Positions 11,554 through 21,658 are shown, numbered from the stretch's first letter. The stretch is 64,000 bases of DNA from an uncultured Gammaproteobacteria bacterium (GCA_963977185.1 CAXBNV010000001.1:118619-182618), one strand, 5' to 3'. Numbers and translations are program-made. Notes: generated by a model not told the origin, from the letters alone.

Positions 11554-13146
11554 ATGATTGTTTTAAATAACTTATCCATGGGTCATGGTAATAAAATTTT
11601 ATTTACAGAAGTTAATCTTAAATTAAACAAAAATTGCCGTTATGCTCTAGTTGGAGCTAATGGTACTGGCAAGTCAACATTGTTTAAATTAATTACAAAA
11701 ACAGAGACTCCAACTGAAGGCGACGTAGGCGTACCAAAGCATTCAACTATAGGTTGGCTTAAGCAAGATCAATTTAAATATGAAGATACTAAAATCTTAG
11801 ATATAGTTCTGCAAGGAAAAGTTACTCTTTGGGAAGCGATGCAAAAAAAAGAAGAGTTGTTATGCTCTGCTGAATTTACTGAAGAAATTGGTTACAAATT
11901 AGCTGAATTAGAAGAAGTTATTGCTCATAATGATGGTTATACCGCTGAATCTCAAGCGATTACTATTTTAAAAGGTTTAGGTATTGAAGAAAAATACCAT
12001 AACGGACCATTGAATGCTTTATCTGGTGGATATAAGCTAAGAGTTTTATTAGCGCAAACTTTATTTGCTGATCCTGATATTTTATTACTTGATGAGCCAA
12101 CAAATCACTTAGATATATTGTCAATAAATTGGCTAGAAAAATATTTGAAATCAGAGTTTCGTGGGTTATTATTGTTAATTTCTCATGACGTATCTTTTAT
12201 CAATAAAATAGCAGATTATATTTTAGATATTGATTATGGTGATATTAGGCAGTATAGCGGTAATTACAATAAATTCTTAACTGAGAAAAAAGATATTGAC
12301 GAGCAAATAAGAAGTCAAAAGCGTAATGTAGAAGAAAAAATTGCAGATATGCAGCAATTTGTGGATAAATTTAAAGCAAAAGCTAGTAAAGCAAAACAAG
12401 CTCAGTCTAAGTTAAAACAAATAGGCAAACTTGAAGTACCCGATATGCAAGTATCCTCACGTATTGCACCTAGATTTAATTTTGAGCTTAGCCGACCTTC
12501 AGGTAAACAAGTTTTAACAGCTAATAATTTAGCAAAGTCTTTTGGTGATAAACAGGTTTTTAATAAAGTTAGTTTATCAATCACGCGTGGTGAAAAAGTT
12601 GCCATAGTCGGTGTTAATGGTGTCGGTAAATCAACTTTAATTAAAACTCTTTTAGATAAAGTAAAGGCTGATAAAGGCGAATATGAGTGGGGTGTTGAGA
12701 CACATATTAATTATTTTTCTCAAGATCACCATGAAGAATTAAAAGATAGCCAAACAGTATTAGCTTGGCTTTTAGCTAACGCTCCTAAAAAAACAATGCA
12801 TGATGTTCGTAAAGTTTTAGGTTTAATGTTGTTTAGTAAAAGCACAGTAGATAAAAATATATTATCTATAAGTGGTGGTGAAGCAGCAAGATTATTACTT
12901 GCAAAATTGATGCTAAATCCTGGCAATATTTTAGTTCTTGATGAGCCAACAAATCATATGGATATAGAAAGTATTTTTAGTTTATCTAAATCGTTACAAG
13001 AATATAAAGGGACCTTGTTATTAGTGAGTCATAATCAGGATTTACTGGAGAATGTAGCAAATCGCATAATTTTTGTTAAAAAAGATAAAGTAGTCGATTT
13101 CCACGGTAAATATGGCGACTTTTTAGCTAAGTATGTAGACTTATAA
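11554..13146 (+). CDS. ABC-F family ATPase with two ATP-binding cassettes and no transmembrane domain (YbiT-like)
   Basis: Two Walker A motifs (GANGTGKST, GVNGVGKST). Two LSGG signatures (LSGGYKLR, ISGGEAAR). Interdomain linker. 530 aa. Confidence 0.85.
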   Translation: MIVLNNLSMGHGNKILFTEVNLKLNKNCRYALVGANGTGKSTLFKLITKTETPTEGDVGVPKHSTIGWLKQDQFKYEDTKILDIVLQGKVTLWEAMQKKEELLCSAEFTEEIGYKLAELEEVIAHNDGYTAESQAITILKGLGIEEKYHNGPLNALSGGYKLRVLLAQTLFADPDILLLDEPTNHLDILSINWLEKYLKSEFRGLLLLISHDVSFINKIADYILDIDYGDIRQYSGNYNKFLTEKKDIDEQIRSQKRNVEEKIADMQQFVDKFKAKASKAKQAQSKLKQIGKLEVPDMQVSSRIAPRFNFELSRPSGKQVLTANNLAKSFGDKQVFNKVSLSITRGEKVAIVGVNGVGKSTLIKTLLDKVKADKGEYEWGVETHINYFSQDHHEELKDSQTVLAWLLANAPKKTMHDVRKVLGLMLFSKSTVDKNILSISGGEAARLLLAKLMLNPGNILVLDEPTNHMDIESIFSLSKSLQEYKGTLLLVSHNQDLLENVANRIIFVKKDKVVDFHGKYGDFLAKYVDL

Positions 13147-13170
13147 GCATTATTGAAATTTAAATAATAA

Positions 13171-13200
13171 TTGACATAATATTAATCCCTAATAGATAAT
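13171..13200 (+). promoter_or_regulatory. Candidate sigma70 promoter for the repeat-bearing outer membrane protein gene
   Basis: ttgaca, 18 nt, gataat. Flanked by the imperfect inverted half-sites taatccct (13183-13190) and agggatta (13246-13253). The second half-site overlaps the ribosome binding site. Confidence 0.35.
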
Positions 13201-13259
13201 ATAAACAATATATTTCCATATTTTGGTCATATTATATAAATATTCTAAGGGATTAGATA

Positions 13260-14210
13260 ATGCAGATTAAAGTTATATTTATTTTATTGCTGTTTCTGTC
13301 TACAGCAGGAGCCCCCAAATATTTGCAACCTCCTACGGTTAAATCATTACCTAAGTCATTATCTGAGCCATTACCTAAGTCATTATCTGAGCCATTACCT
13401 AAGTCATTATCTAAGCCATTATCTAAGTCATTCGAACATAAAGATTTAAAAAAAAATAAATCAGACACGATTTTACCAAAACCTTTAAAAGAACACACAG
13501 GGTATAAGTACGTATTAGGCATTTATGGTGGTTATAATTATTTTGATAAAAAAGATATAAAAGTCGCTTACCAAGAATTTGTTCCTAATATGAATGATTT
13601 TATCAATGTATCAAAAAAACTAAGAGGTTTTTCACCTACAGTAATAGCTGGATTACAACAACCTGTAAATAACTTATCAATATTTAATAAAATTTTTTTA
13701 GGAGTTAAAGCTTTTTATTTTGATAGTGAAATAAAAGGACAAATGACAGCTATTTGTCCTGATGGTAAAACAAAAGCACAAATAGCAGCTATTTGTATTG
13801 ATGGTTATGTTTGCGCTGAAAGTTCTGCAAAAGTACCAGTTAAAAGTTTAAGTGTTTTGCTTAACTCTAGATTATATTTTAATTTTGATGTTGATGGTTT
13901 AACTGCTTTTATCGAAGGAGGTTTAGGTCTTAATTATTATAAAACTAAACTTACAATTACAGGTGGTGAGTCTCAATTTGATACAGATATAAAAACAAAT
14001 AAAGGTTATAAGAATTTATATAATATTGGAGCAGGATTTTCCCAAAGCTTGTCTGATGATTGGTATATTGATTTAGTTTATAATTATTATCATAGTTTAA
14101 ATTTGAAATCTAAAACAGAAGCTATATCAGGGGTTAATTTAGCAAGCCCTATTAAAATTAAATTTGATAATCATAATGTTAGCTTAGGAATTCAAAAGAC
14201 TTTTTTATAA
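13260..14210 (+). CDS. Putative outer membrane beta-barrel protein with N-terminal proline-rich tandem repeats
   Basis: Signal peptide MQIKVIFILLLFLSTAGA. Repeats (S/P)LPKSLSE x about 3.5. C-terminal alternating hydrophobic pattern ending in KTFL. Confidence 0.6.
   Translation: MQIKVIFILLLFLSTAGAPKYLQPPTVKSLPKSLSEPLPKSLSEPLPKSLSKPLSKSFEHKDLKKNKSDTILPKPLKEHTGYKYVLGIYGGYNYFDKKDIKVAYQEFVPNMNDFINVSKKLRGFSPTVIAGLQQPVNNLSIFNKIFLGVKAFYFDSEIKGQMTAICPDGKTKAQIAAICIDGYVCAESSAKVPVKSLSVLLNSRLYFNFDVDGLTAFIEGGLGLNYYKTKLTITGGESQFDTDIKTNKGYKNLYNIGAGFSQSLSDDWYIDLVYNYYHSLNLKSKTEAISGVNLASPIKIKFDNHNVSLGIQKTFL
13344..13430. repeat. 24 bp in-frame tandem repeat, about 3.6 units, inside the outer membrane protein gene
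   Basis: Unit ccattacctaagtcattatctgag, repeated with single-base variants. Encodes PLPKSLSE. Confidence 0.85.
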
Positions 14211-14317
14211 TAGATTGTGATGGTAAATAAAAGAATGTACGTGCTAAAAATAGACTATAAAATATTCTTTGCATATTAATAGTATATTTGTTAGAATTCA
14301 TCTTGATTTAGTTTTAA

Positions 14318-14394
14318 GCGCCTGTAGCTCAGCTGGATAGAGTACCTGGCTACGAACCAGGTGGTCGGGGGTTCGAATCCCTCCGGGCGCACCA
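14318..14394 (+). tRNA. tRNA-Arg(ACG)
   Basis: Acceptor gcgcctg/cgggcgc. Anticodon loop cuACGaa. T-loop ggttcgaatcc. 3' CCA. Confidence 0.88.
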
Positions 14395-14468
14395 GAAATT
14401 CACCGTATTTCAATCAGCAATAATATCAATTATAAAATCTTAATTTTATTAAGGGGGAGAATGGTTCA

Positions 14469-15242
14469 ATGGTATCTAAATTTTTAATATTTAGGTTATT
14501 TACATTAATAACAGGCTTTGCGTTTTTATCTGGAGCAAATTCAAATATAAAATTATCTTTAGAAAATAAATTTGATAAAAACATTCAATTTAATAATAGT
14601 AAAAGTACTTTAGATAATATCAGTAATGATAAAGATTACATTATTGAAAATATAAAAGATTGCAGTAAAAATGTAGTCACTAAGGTTTGTGAATTTTTAG
14701 ATAAGGCCCATGGGATTTCTCCTAAAGTTTTAAGTTATGCTATACATGCACATGATATTGCAAAAGAACGCAATGAAGTTTCAAGCGACAAGATTACTAT
14801 TATTGATTACAGCAAACCATCTACAGAAAATAGATTATGGGTTTTAAATCTTAAAAGCAAAGAAGTAGAAATAATAACAAAAGTAGCTCATGGTTCAGGT
14901 TCTGGTGGGAAAGTTAAAGCGAGTAAATTTTCTAATATAAGTAATAGTCACGCTTCAAGTATAGGGGTTGCTAAGACAAAAGATGTTTATTTTGGTAAAC
15001 ATGGTAAATCGTTAAGATTAGAAGGTTTAGAAACAGGTTTAAATGATCGTATGTTAGCTCGATCAGTTGTTATTCATGGCGCTAAGTATGTACAAAAGAA
15101 TGGCCATGTTGGTCGTAGCTGGGGATGTCCAGCCGTTAGTAATGATATGGTTGAACCATTAGTTGAAGAAATTAAAGAAGGCAGTTTGGTTTTTTTGTAT
15201 TACCCTGATAAAAATTGGTTAAATAGCTCAGAGTATTTATAA
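14469..15242 (+). CDS. Secreted L,D-transpeptidase-like protein (YkuD-type catalytic motif)
   Basis: N-terminal signal/anchor sequence. Catalytic-site-like HG...GRSWGCPAV near the C-terminus. RBS gggggag. Confidence 0.5.
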   Translation: MVSKFLIFRLFTLITGFAFLSGANSNIKLSLENKFDKNIQFNNSKSTLDNISNDKDYIIENIKDCSKNVVTKVCEFLDKAHGISPKVLSYAIHAHDIAKERNEVSSDKITIIDYSKPSTENRLWVLNLKSKEVEIITKVAHGSGSGGKVKASKFSNISNSHASSIGVAKTKDVYFGKHGKSLRLEGLETGLNDRMLARSVVIHGAKYVQKNGHVGRSWGCPAVSNDMVEPLVEEIKEGSLVFLYYPDKNWLNSSEYL

Positions 15243-15254
15243 TTAAAAGTTAGT

Positions 15255-16472
15255 ATGAATATAGATAATAATATCAAAAATAATAAAGAATTAGATTTCA
15301 AAAGTAAGCTTATAAAAAAACATAAGCATACGAATGCACGATCACTAGAAGTTACCACACCTCATGGTAAATTTATAACACCAAAGTTTATGCCAGTTGC
15401 AACCAGAGCATTTGTGAATAATATGTATCCTGAGGATTTAAGAAAATCAGGAAGTACTATTATTTTAGGAGGCAACACCTATCATATGCTAGTTAATCCT
15501 GGCCTTGATATTATAAAAGCTGCTAAAGGGATGCATAAATTTATGAATTGGCATGCTCCAATGTTAACTGATAGTGGTGGCTTTCAAGTTTTTTCTTTGT
15601 CTAAAAATAGTAAAATTTGTAAGATTACAGAAAATGGTGCTATTTTTAAACATCCCATTAATGGTAAAAAGATAGAATTAAATTCTGAAACTTCGATTAA
15701 GGCTCAAAAAGTTATTGGGGCTGATATTATTATGACATTTGATGAATGTGCTCCAGATAACTCAACATATGACTATGCTAAACATAGTTTAAAGCGCACA
15801 CAAAGATGGTATTTAAGAAGTTTAGATGAGCATTATAAAAATACTAATTCTGAATATGGCTTAAAACAGGCTTTATTTGCAATTGTGCAAGGAGCCAGTT
15901 TTCAAGATTTAAGAGAAGAAAGTTTAGATTTTATTTTGCAGCATAATCCAGATGGAATTGCTATTGGTGGTGAATCAATTGGTTTTGATATGGATAAGAC
16001 TTGTGAAATTATTAATTGGTTGCGTCCACAACTAGAAAGCTCTGATAATGTAATTAATAAATTAAGATACACGATGGGAGTTGGTCTTGATCCACAAAAT
16101 TTATTAGATGTTGTAAGAGAAGGTATTGATGTTTTTGATTGTGTTGCTCCAACAAGAAATGCAAGACATGGAGCTTTATATTGTGGGAAAATAGTTGAAG
16201 ATAAGGGAAATCATTGGTTAAAATTTATTTCTGAAGATGGTTCTGATAATAAGGCTAGGATTTTAATTAAGAAAACTATATACGCAAAAGATGAGAGTCC
16301 TATAATGGCTGATTGTAGTTGTTATACTTGTAAGAACTACACAAGAGCATATATGCACTTTTTGTTTAAATCAGACGCAGCTTTATATTATAATTTAGCA
16401 TGTATTCATAATGTTCACGTGATGCATGATACAATGTATAAAGCTTTAGAAAAAATAACAAATGATACCTAA
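15255..16472 (+). CDS. tgt: Queuine tRNA-ribosyltransferase
   Basis: DSGGFQV. Zn-binding site CSCYTC...H. TIM-barrel core motifs. Short N-terminal extension. Confidence 0.92.
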   Translation: MNIDNNIKNNKELDFKSKLIKKHKHTNARSLEVTTPHGKFITPKFMPVATRAFVNNMYPEDLRKSGSTIILGGNTYHMLVNPGLDIIKAAKGMHKFMNWHAPMLTDSGGFQVFSLSKNSKICKITENGAIFKHPINGKKIELNSETSIKAQKVIGADIIMTFDECAPDNSTYDYAKHSLKRTQRWYLRSLDEHYKNTNSEYGLKQALFAIVQGASFQDLREESLDFILQHNPDGIAIGGESIGFDMDKTCEIINWLRPQLESSDNVINKLRYTMGVGLDPQNLLDVVREGIDVFDCVAPTRNARHGALYCGKIVEDKGNHWLKFISEDGSDNKARILIKKTIYAKDESPIMADCSCYTCKNYTRAYMHFLFKSDAALYYNLACIHNVHVMHDTMYKALEKITNDT

Positions 16473-17160
16473 TAAAAATATCAAAATAGATGAATTAATT
16501 TATCCAAATAGTTGGCAAGAAGTTTTAAAAGAAGAGCTTTCTTGTGATTACATGCTAAAACTATTCCGTTTTTTGGAACAAGAACGACAAATTTTTAATG
16601 TTTTTCCTGCAATACCAGATGTTTTTAATGCTTTTAATAAAACAGCTTTTAAAGATATTAAAGTTGTAATTTTAGGACAAGATCCGTATCATGGTTTAAA
16701 TCAAGCTCATGGTTTAAGCTTTTCTGTGCCAACAAGCATAAAAACTCCGCCATCTTTAGTAAATATATATAAAGAATTACAAAGTGATATAGAAGGTTTT
16801 AAGGCTCCAATTCATGGTAATTTAATCAAATGGGCTGAGCAAGGAGTATTTTTATTAAATACAGTTTTAACGGTAAGGGCTCATCAGGCTTTTTCGCATC
16901 GAAATAAAGGTTGGGAGTTATTTACAGACTCTGTTATACAAAAAATAAGCCAATATAGAGAAAATATAGTTTTTGTTCTTTGGGGTACTCCTGCAAAATC
17001 TAAAGCAAAATTAATTGATTCAAATAAGCATTTGATTTTGACATCGACTCACCCATCACCACTCTCTGCTTATAGAGGTTTTTTGGGATGTAAGCATTTT
17101 TCTCAAATAAATACTTATTTGGCAAACAAAGGATGTAAAATTATCGATTGGCATCTTTAA
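16462..17160 (+). CDS. ung: Uracil-DNA glycosylase, family 1
   Basis: VILGQDPYHG water-activating loop. HPSPLS motif. 232 aa. Confidence 0.92.
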   Translation: MIPNKNIKIDELIYPNSWQEVLKEELSCDYMLKLFRFLEQERQIFNVFPAIPDVFNAFNKTAFKDIKVVILGQDPYHGLNQAHGLSFSVPTSIKTPPSLVNIYKELQSDIEGFKAPIHGNLIKWAEQGVFLLNTVLTVRAHQAFSHRNKGWELFTDSVIQKISQYRENIVFVLWGTPAKSKAKLIDSNKHLILTSTHPSPLSAYRGFLGCKHFSQINTYLANKGCKIIDWHL

Positions 17161-17267
17161 AAGCTGCGGTAGTTTTATGATTCATAGTATATAATTAATA
17201 TAATATATAATTTTATTGTATATTATTCATCATAGATTTTAGATAAGGTAAATAATTAAATATAAAA

Positions 17268-19661
17268 ATGACAGATTTTAAAAACACAGATTTAAAAAAG
17301 ACAACAAGCCCTAGTAAAGTAAAAAAAGATAAAAAAATTAAAGATGCTCCTAAAAAGCATAAATCAAAAAACTTTAAATCAAAAAACTTTAAATCAAAAA
17401 GTACTAATTATAAAAGTGATCCTTTTGCATCAAGAGAAAGCAAAAAATATGATGATCCTATTCCTAGTCGAGAGTACATAATGAAAGTTTTAGGTGACTC
17501 TAGCGCACCAGTAAAATTTAAGTCTTTGATCGAGAAATTAGGCATTACAAAAGAAGATCATATAACCTCTTTGAAATATCGTTTAGGGGCAATGGAGCGA
17601 GATGGACAAGTATTACGCAATAGAAAAAAATCTTATTGTTTAGTTGATAAAATTCAATTGTTTCCAGGTAAGGTTGTTGTCAAAAATAATGGATTCGGCT
17701 TTGTTGATTTAGATATTAATAATCAAAAATTATTACTTTCGTATAAAGATTTAAGAACTGTATTTCATGGTGATAAAGTTCTAGTAACAAGAGTAGATGA
17801 TAGAGCTTTAGGTAAAAAACGTGGTGAACTTGTTGAAATCACAGAAAGAAGCATTGAAAAATTAACTGGTGTTTTGCATGACCAGGGTGATTTTTTTACT
17901 TTAGATCCTGATAACAAAGAAGTGATTCAAAAAATTATTATTAGTAAATCTAATTCTGGTAAAGCCAAAGATAAGCAATTAGTAGAAATAAATATTTTAG
18001 AATATCCAACAAAATATTGCCCAACGATTGCTAAAGTTACCAAAATTATAGGTAAACATGGAATTGAGAAAGGCTCTTTAAATGAAATAAGATTAGCGCT
18101 TAAAAAATATGAAATACCACATGAATGGCCTGAAGAATTACAACCAGAGTTAGATAAAATTCCGGAAAAAGTAACTCCTGCTGCTAAAAAAGATAGATTA
18201 GATTTAAGAGAGTTACCTTTAGTTACTATTGATGGTATAGATGCTAAAGATTTTGATGATGCAGTATATTGCCAAAGAAAAAAGAATAAATCTGGCTGGA
18301 AACTTTGGGTTGCTATTGCAGATGTTAGCTTTTATGTTCGTCCTGGAATGACTTTAGATGAGCAAGCTTATGAAAGAGGAACATCAGTATACTTTCCAAA
18401 TAAAGTAATACCAATGCTCCCTGAAAAGCTATCAAATGGTTTATGCTCATTAGTTCCTGATCAAGAAAGATTATGTTTTGCTTGTGAAATGGATATTTCT
18501 AATGATGGGGAGGTGCAAAAATATAAGTTTGTTCCTGCTGTTATGAAATCATGGGCAAGACTTACTTATACGCAAGTTAAGGAATATTTAGAAGATAATT
18601 CTCAAGAGTTAGTAGATAAATATCAAAAAGAAACTAAAGGTAAAGCAAAAGATAAATCTATAGTTTTGGATAACTTAAATGATCTTTACAACTTGCATAA
18701 AATATTAATTAAAAATAGAAATATAAGAGGCGCATTAGACTTCTTTTTACCAGAGCCTTTGATTGAATTTACAGAAGATAATAAAATAAAGGCTATAAAT
18801 GTAGCACAAAGAACTGTTGCACATTCTATAATAGAAGAATGCATGTTATTAACTAATATTTCAGCTGCACAATTTGCGAAAAAGCATAAATTGCCAGTTT
18901 TATATAGAAATCATGAGACTCCTAGTCAAGATAAATATGATAATTTAAGAGATTATTTAAAGCCATTTGGTTTAGTATTAGGTGGAGGAAAAAGCCCAGA
19001 ACCTAAACATTTTAATGCTTTACTCACGAAAATTCATAGCCGTAAAGATGGGGCCATATTGCAATTAGTTGTTTTAAGAACAATGAATCAAGCTGTATAT
19101 GAAGAGGAAAATAAAGGTCATTTTGGATTAGCCTATGAAGAATATACTCATTTTACGTCACCAATTAGAAGGTATCCTGATTTATTACTGCATAGATTTA
19201 TACATCATTTATATATAAAAGATAAAAGATTTGCTAAGTTATCAGCAAATATTAAAATTTCTAAAAAAGATGTTAACTTATATTATAATCCAACAGATAA
19301 ATTAATATCAGAACAAGGAGTTCATTGTACCAGAACGGAAAAACGTGCAGACGAAGCAACAAGATCAGTTGTTGGTTGGTTAAAATGTGAATATATGGAA
19401 AATAAAGTTGGTACAATTTATGATGCCACAATTACATCAGTAACAAGTTTTGGTTTTTTTGTGCAGCTAAGAAATGTGTATATAGAAGGTTTAGTACACA
19501 TTAGTACATTATTTAGTGATTATTACGAGTATGATGAAAAAAATTTAAGACTTATTGGTAGTGCAACTGGAATTGTACATAAAATAGGTGATTCCGTAAA
19601 AGTAAAATTAACAAGAGTTGATGTTATAAATCGTCTTATTGATTTTAATTTGGTTACTTAG
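17268..19661 (+). CDS. rnr: Ribonuclease R
   Basis: Lysine-rich N-terminal tail carrying KSKNF repeats. Cold-shock domains. RNB catalytic domain (DGIDAKDFDDAV). C-terminal S1 domain. Confidence 0.9.
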   Translation: MTDFKNTDLKKTTSPSKVKKDKKIKDAPKKHKSKNFKSKNFKSKSTNYKSDPFASRESKKYDDPIPSREYIMKVLGDSSAPVKFKSLIEKLGITKEDHITSLKYRLGAMERDGQVLRNRKKSYCLVDKIQLFPGKVVVKNNGFGFVDLDINNQKLLLSYKDLRTVFHGDKVLVTRVDDRALGKKRGELVEITERSIEKLTGVLHDQGDFFTLDPDNKEVIQKIIISKSNSGKAKDKQLVEINILEYPTKYCPTIAKVTKIIGKHGIEKGSLNEIRLALKKYEIPHEWPEELQPELDKIPEKVTPAAKKDRLDLRELPLVTIDGIDAKDFDDAVYCQRKKNKSGWKLWVAIADVSFYVRPGMTLDEQAYERGTSVYFPNKVIPMLPEKLSNGLCSLVPDQERLCFACEMDISNDGEVQKYKFVPAVMKSWARLTYTQVKEYLEDNSQELVDKYQKETKGKAKDKSIVLDNLNDLYNLHKILIKNRNIRGALDFFLPEPLIEFTEDNKIKAINVAQRTVAHSIIEECMLLTNISAAQFAKKHKLPVLYRNHETPSQDKYDNLRDYLKPFGLVLGGGKSPEPKHFNALLTKIHSRKDGAILQLVVLRTMNQAVYEEENKGHFGLAYEEYTHFTSPIRRYPDLLLHRFIHHLYIKDKRFAKLSANIKISKKDVNLYYNPTDKLISEQGVHCTRTEKRADEATRSVVGWLKCEYMENKVGTIYDATITSVTSFGFFVQLRNVYIEGLVHISTLFSDYYEYDEKNLRLIGSATGIVHKIGDSVKVKLTRVDVINRLIDFNLVT

Positions 19662-19688
19662 TTATAGTTTAAATAAATTTTTATAGAA

Positions 19689-19949
19689 CTATATAAAATA
19701 TATAGGGTAATAGTTAACCGTCAGTTCAACAAATTGTTCATAATTCATTAATGTTATAACATTTTGTTGTTCTGTTGATAAAATGATTCCTCGAGAATCT
19801 AAATCATTTTTTAATATATTTATATTAATATTATTCTCATTAAAATTAGAATTTAATATATTATAAATGCCATCATCAATTAATAATATTTCTTTATAAT
19901 TTTCAAGATTAGGATTAGTATCAAGTTTGTTTTTAATTATTAGTAGCAT
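19689..19949 (-). CDS. tusB: Sulfur relay protein TusB/DsrH
   Basis: 86 aa. Last gene of a three-gene tusDCB-type cluster. Confidence 0.65.
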   Translation of the reverse strand: MLLIIKNKLDTNPNLENYKEILLIDDGIYNILNSNFNENNININILKNDLDSRGIILSTEQQNVITLMNYEQFVELTVNYYPIYFI

Positions 19950-19976
19950 ATTTGTATAATATTGTATTAAAGTAAA

Positions 19977-20345
19977 TTAATATTGAATCACATGTTCAAA
20001 ACTATCTATAAAATCAGATAAATTATTATTACCTATTATTTGAATCAAATTTTTATTAATAATTAGATTATCTAAAGTCAGGTTATATTTTTCTAGATGA
20101 TTTTTAACAATATAAATTGGGTCTAGTTCATATAGTTCAGCAGCTTTAATAAAATCAATAAAACTATCTCTATTAATTATTTTGCTATTTTGATTCTGAG
20201 TTAAATTTAAAATGCCTTGATCTTGAAGTAATATTTTTATAGGCATATCAAATGCAGCTGCTGCCATAGCAAAATCAAAGCCATCTTGTGCTTGAGTATT
20301 ACTATATGGAGTCTTTGTAATTATTACTAGAACTTGATTATTCAA
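19977..20345 (-). CDS. tusC: Sulfur relay protein TusC/DsrF
   Basis: 122 aa with a DsrE/F fold-like sequence. Translationally coupled to tusD by a 4 nt overlap. Confidence 0.7.
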   Translation of the reverse strand: MNNQVLVIITKTPYSNTQAQDGFDFAMAAAAFDMPIKILLQDQGILNLTQNQNSKIINRDSFIDFIKAAELYELDPIYIVKNHLEKYNLTLDNLIINKNLIQIIGNNNLSDFIDSFEHVIQY

Positions 20346-20683
20346 AATTTAATAACTCTTTGTGATTCTTGCATGGCAATTATTAATTCACCAAGACCAG
20401 CAATTTTTATATCAGATTTATGATTATCAATATTAATGCCGCGCTTTATATTAGCACTGCTGCATGTTAATAATTTAATATTATTACTAGTCATGAGTTT
20501 TAGCCAATCATGCCAAAAATTGTCTTCTTTATTATTAGATTTTAAAGAATGATAAACACCATCACTCAAGAAAAAGATGGTAGAAATCTGATAGTTCAAC
20601 TTAATGATACTTTCAGCAAATTTAAGTGCTGTATAAGATAAACTAGAATTTGGATTGCAAGATATAATAAGACAAAATTTCAT
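20342..20683 (-). CDS. tusD: Sulfurtransferase TusD/DsrE
   Basis: MKFCLII... The conserved active-site Cys lies in TCSSANIKRG, compare E. coli ICVAAALRRG. Confidence 0.75.
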   Translation of the reverse strand: MKFCLIISCNPNSSLSYTALKFAESIIKLNYQISTIFFLSDGVYHSLKSNNKEDNFWHDWLKLMTSNNIKLLTCSSANIKRGINIDNHKSDIKIAGLGELIIAMQESQRVIKF

Positions 20684-20725
20684 TAAAGCCTCTTTTTTAA
20701 TATATTAAAAAAGAGGCTAAATTTT

Positions 20726-21415
20726 CTACTCATCTCTATTAAAAGCCATTAATATCTGTAATAAGCTTATGAATAAATTATAAATAGAAACATATAAAGT
20801 TAATGTAGCTCTAATATAATTAGTTTCACCACCATGAATAATTTCACTAGTTTGATATAAAATCAAGCCAGATGATATTAACATAAATAGCGCACTAATA
20901 GCTAAATGAAGAGCAGGTAACTGAAAGAATAAACTAGCTAAGATTGCTATAAGGCCAACTATTGATGCAGCAAATAACATTCCTGAAAGAAAGCTCATAT
21001 CTTTTCTTGTAGTTAATACATAGCCTGATAAAGCGAAGAAAATTAACCCAGTACCACCTAAAGCCGTCATTATAAGCTCAGGCCCATTAGCAAAATTAGA
21101 AATTACAGTATTAAGCAAGGGTCCTAAAGTAAAGCCCATAAAGCCAGTAAATAAAAATACAGCTACTAATCCAAATGCGCTGTTAGCAGTTGAATAAATT
21201 AAGAATTGTAATCCCATTGCAATTATTAAAAATAAGAACGGGTTAATAAATCCAACTCCACTTGCCATAGCAAACCATGCAGTCACTGCACTAAACATTA
21301 AAGTTAAAGCCAGTAGCATGTATGTATTTTTTAAGACTGTATTTGAAGCAATCAACGAACTAGCGCTAGATCGAGACATCATTTGTACAGGATCTTCATT
21401 CCTATTATTAAACAT
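20726..21415 (-). CDS. Bax-inhibitor-1/YccA family inner membrane protein
   Basis: Seven predicted transmembrane helices. N-terminus MFNNRNEDPVQMMSRSSASSLIASNTVLKNTYMLLALTL is typical of YccA-type proteins. Confidence 0.8.
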   Translation of the reverse strand: MFNNRNEDPVQMMSRSSASSLIASNTVLKNTYMLLALTLMFSAVTAWFAMASGVGFINPFLFLIIAMGLQFLIYSTANSAFGLVAVFLFTGFMGFTLGPLLNTVISNFANGPELIMTALGGTGLIFFALSGYVLTTRKDMSFLSGMLFAASIVGLIAILASLFFQLPALHLAISALFMLISSGLILYQTSEIIHGGETNYIRATLTLYVSIYNLFISLLQILMAFNRDE

Positions 21416-21572
21416 AAATTAAGCCCCTAATTTATAAAGTTTTATTTTAATATAACTAGATAATTCTAGTATGAATTCATTTAGAAAACAATACATTATT
21501 ATTGTATCATGATTTAACTAGCTAATACTATTGTTATAGTCTTGTTTTATATATTTAATCTATACCTAAGTA

Positions 21573-21604
21573 TTTGACAAAAAAACTAATAAAAAGTTGT
21601 ATAT
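21573..21604 (+). promoter_or_regulatory. Candidate promoter for tRNA-Ser(UGA)
   Basis: ttgaca, about 18 nt, then a tgtata/tatatt -10-like element about 55 nt upstream of the tRNA. Confidence 0.3.
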
Positions 21605-21658
21605 TCTTATTAGTTTTGTTAATATTCTTTTGTCTTAAGTTTTATTAAGACTTACTAC

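Noticed and set aside
13253-13522. Minus-strand 89 aa ORF with DNDLGNGSDNDLGNG repeats
   Set aside because: It is the antisense reading of the 24 bp repeat array inside the well-supported OMP gene. It is a repeat-generated artefact.
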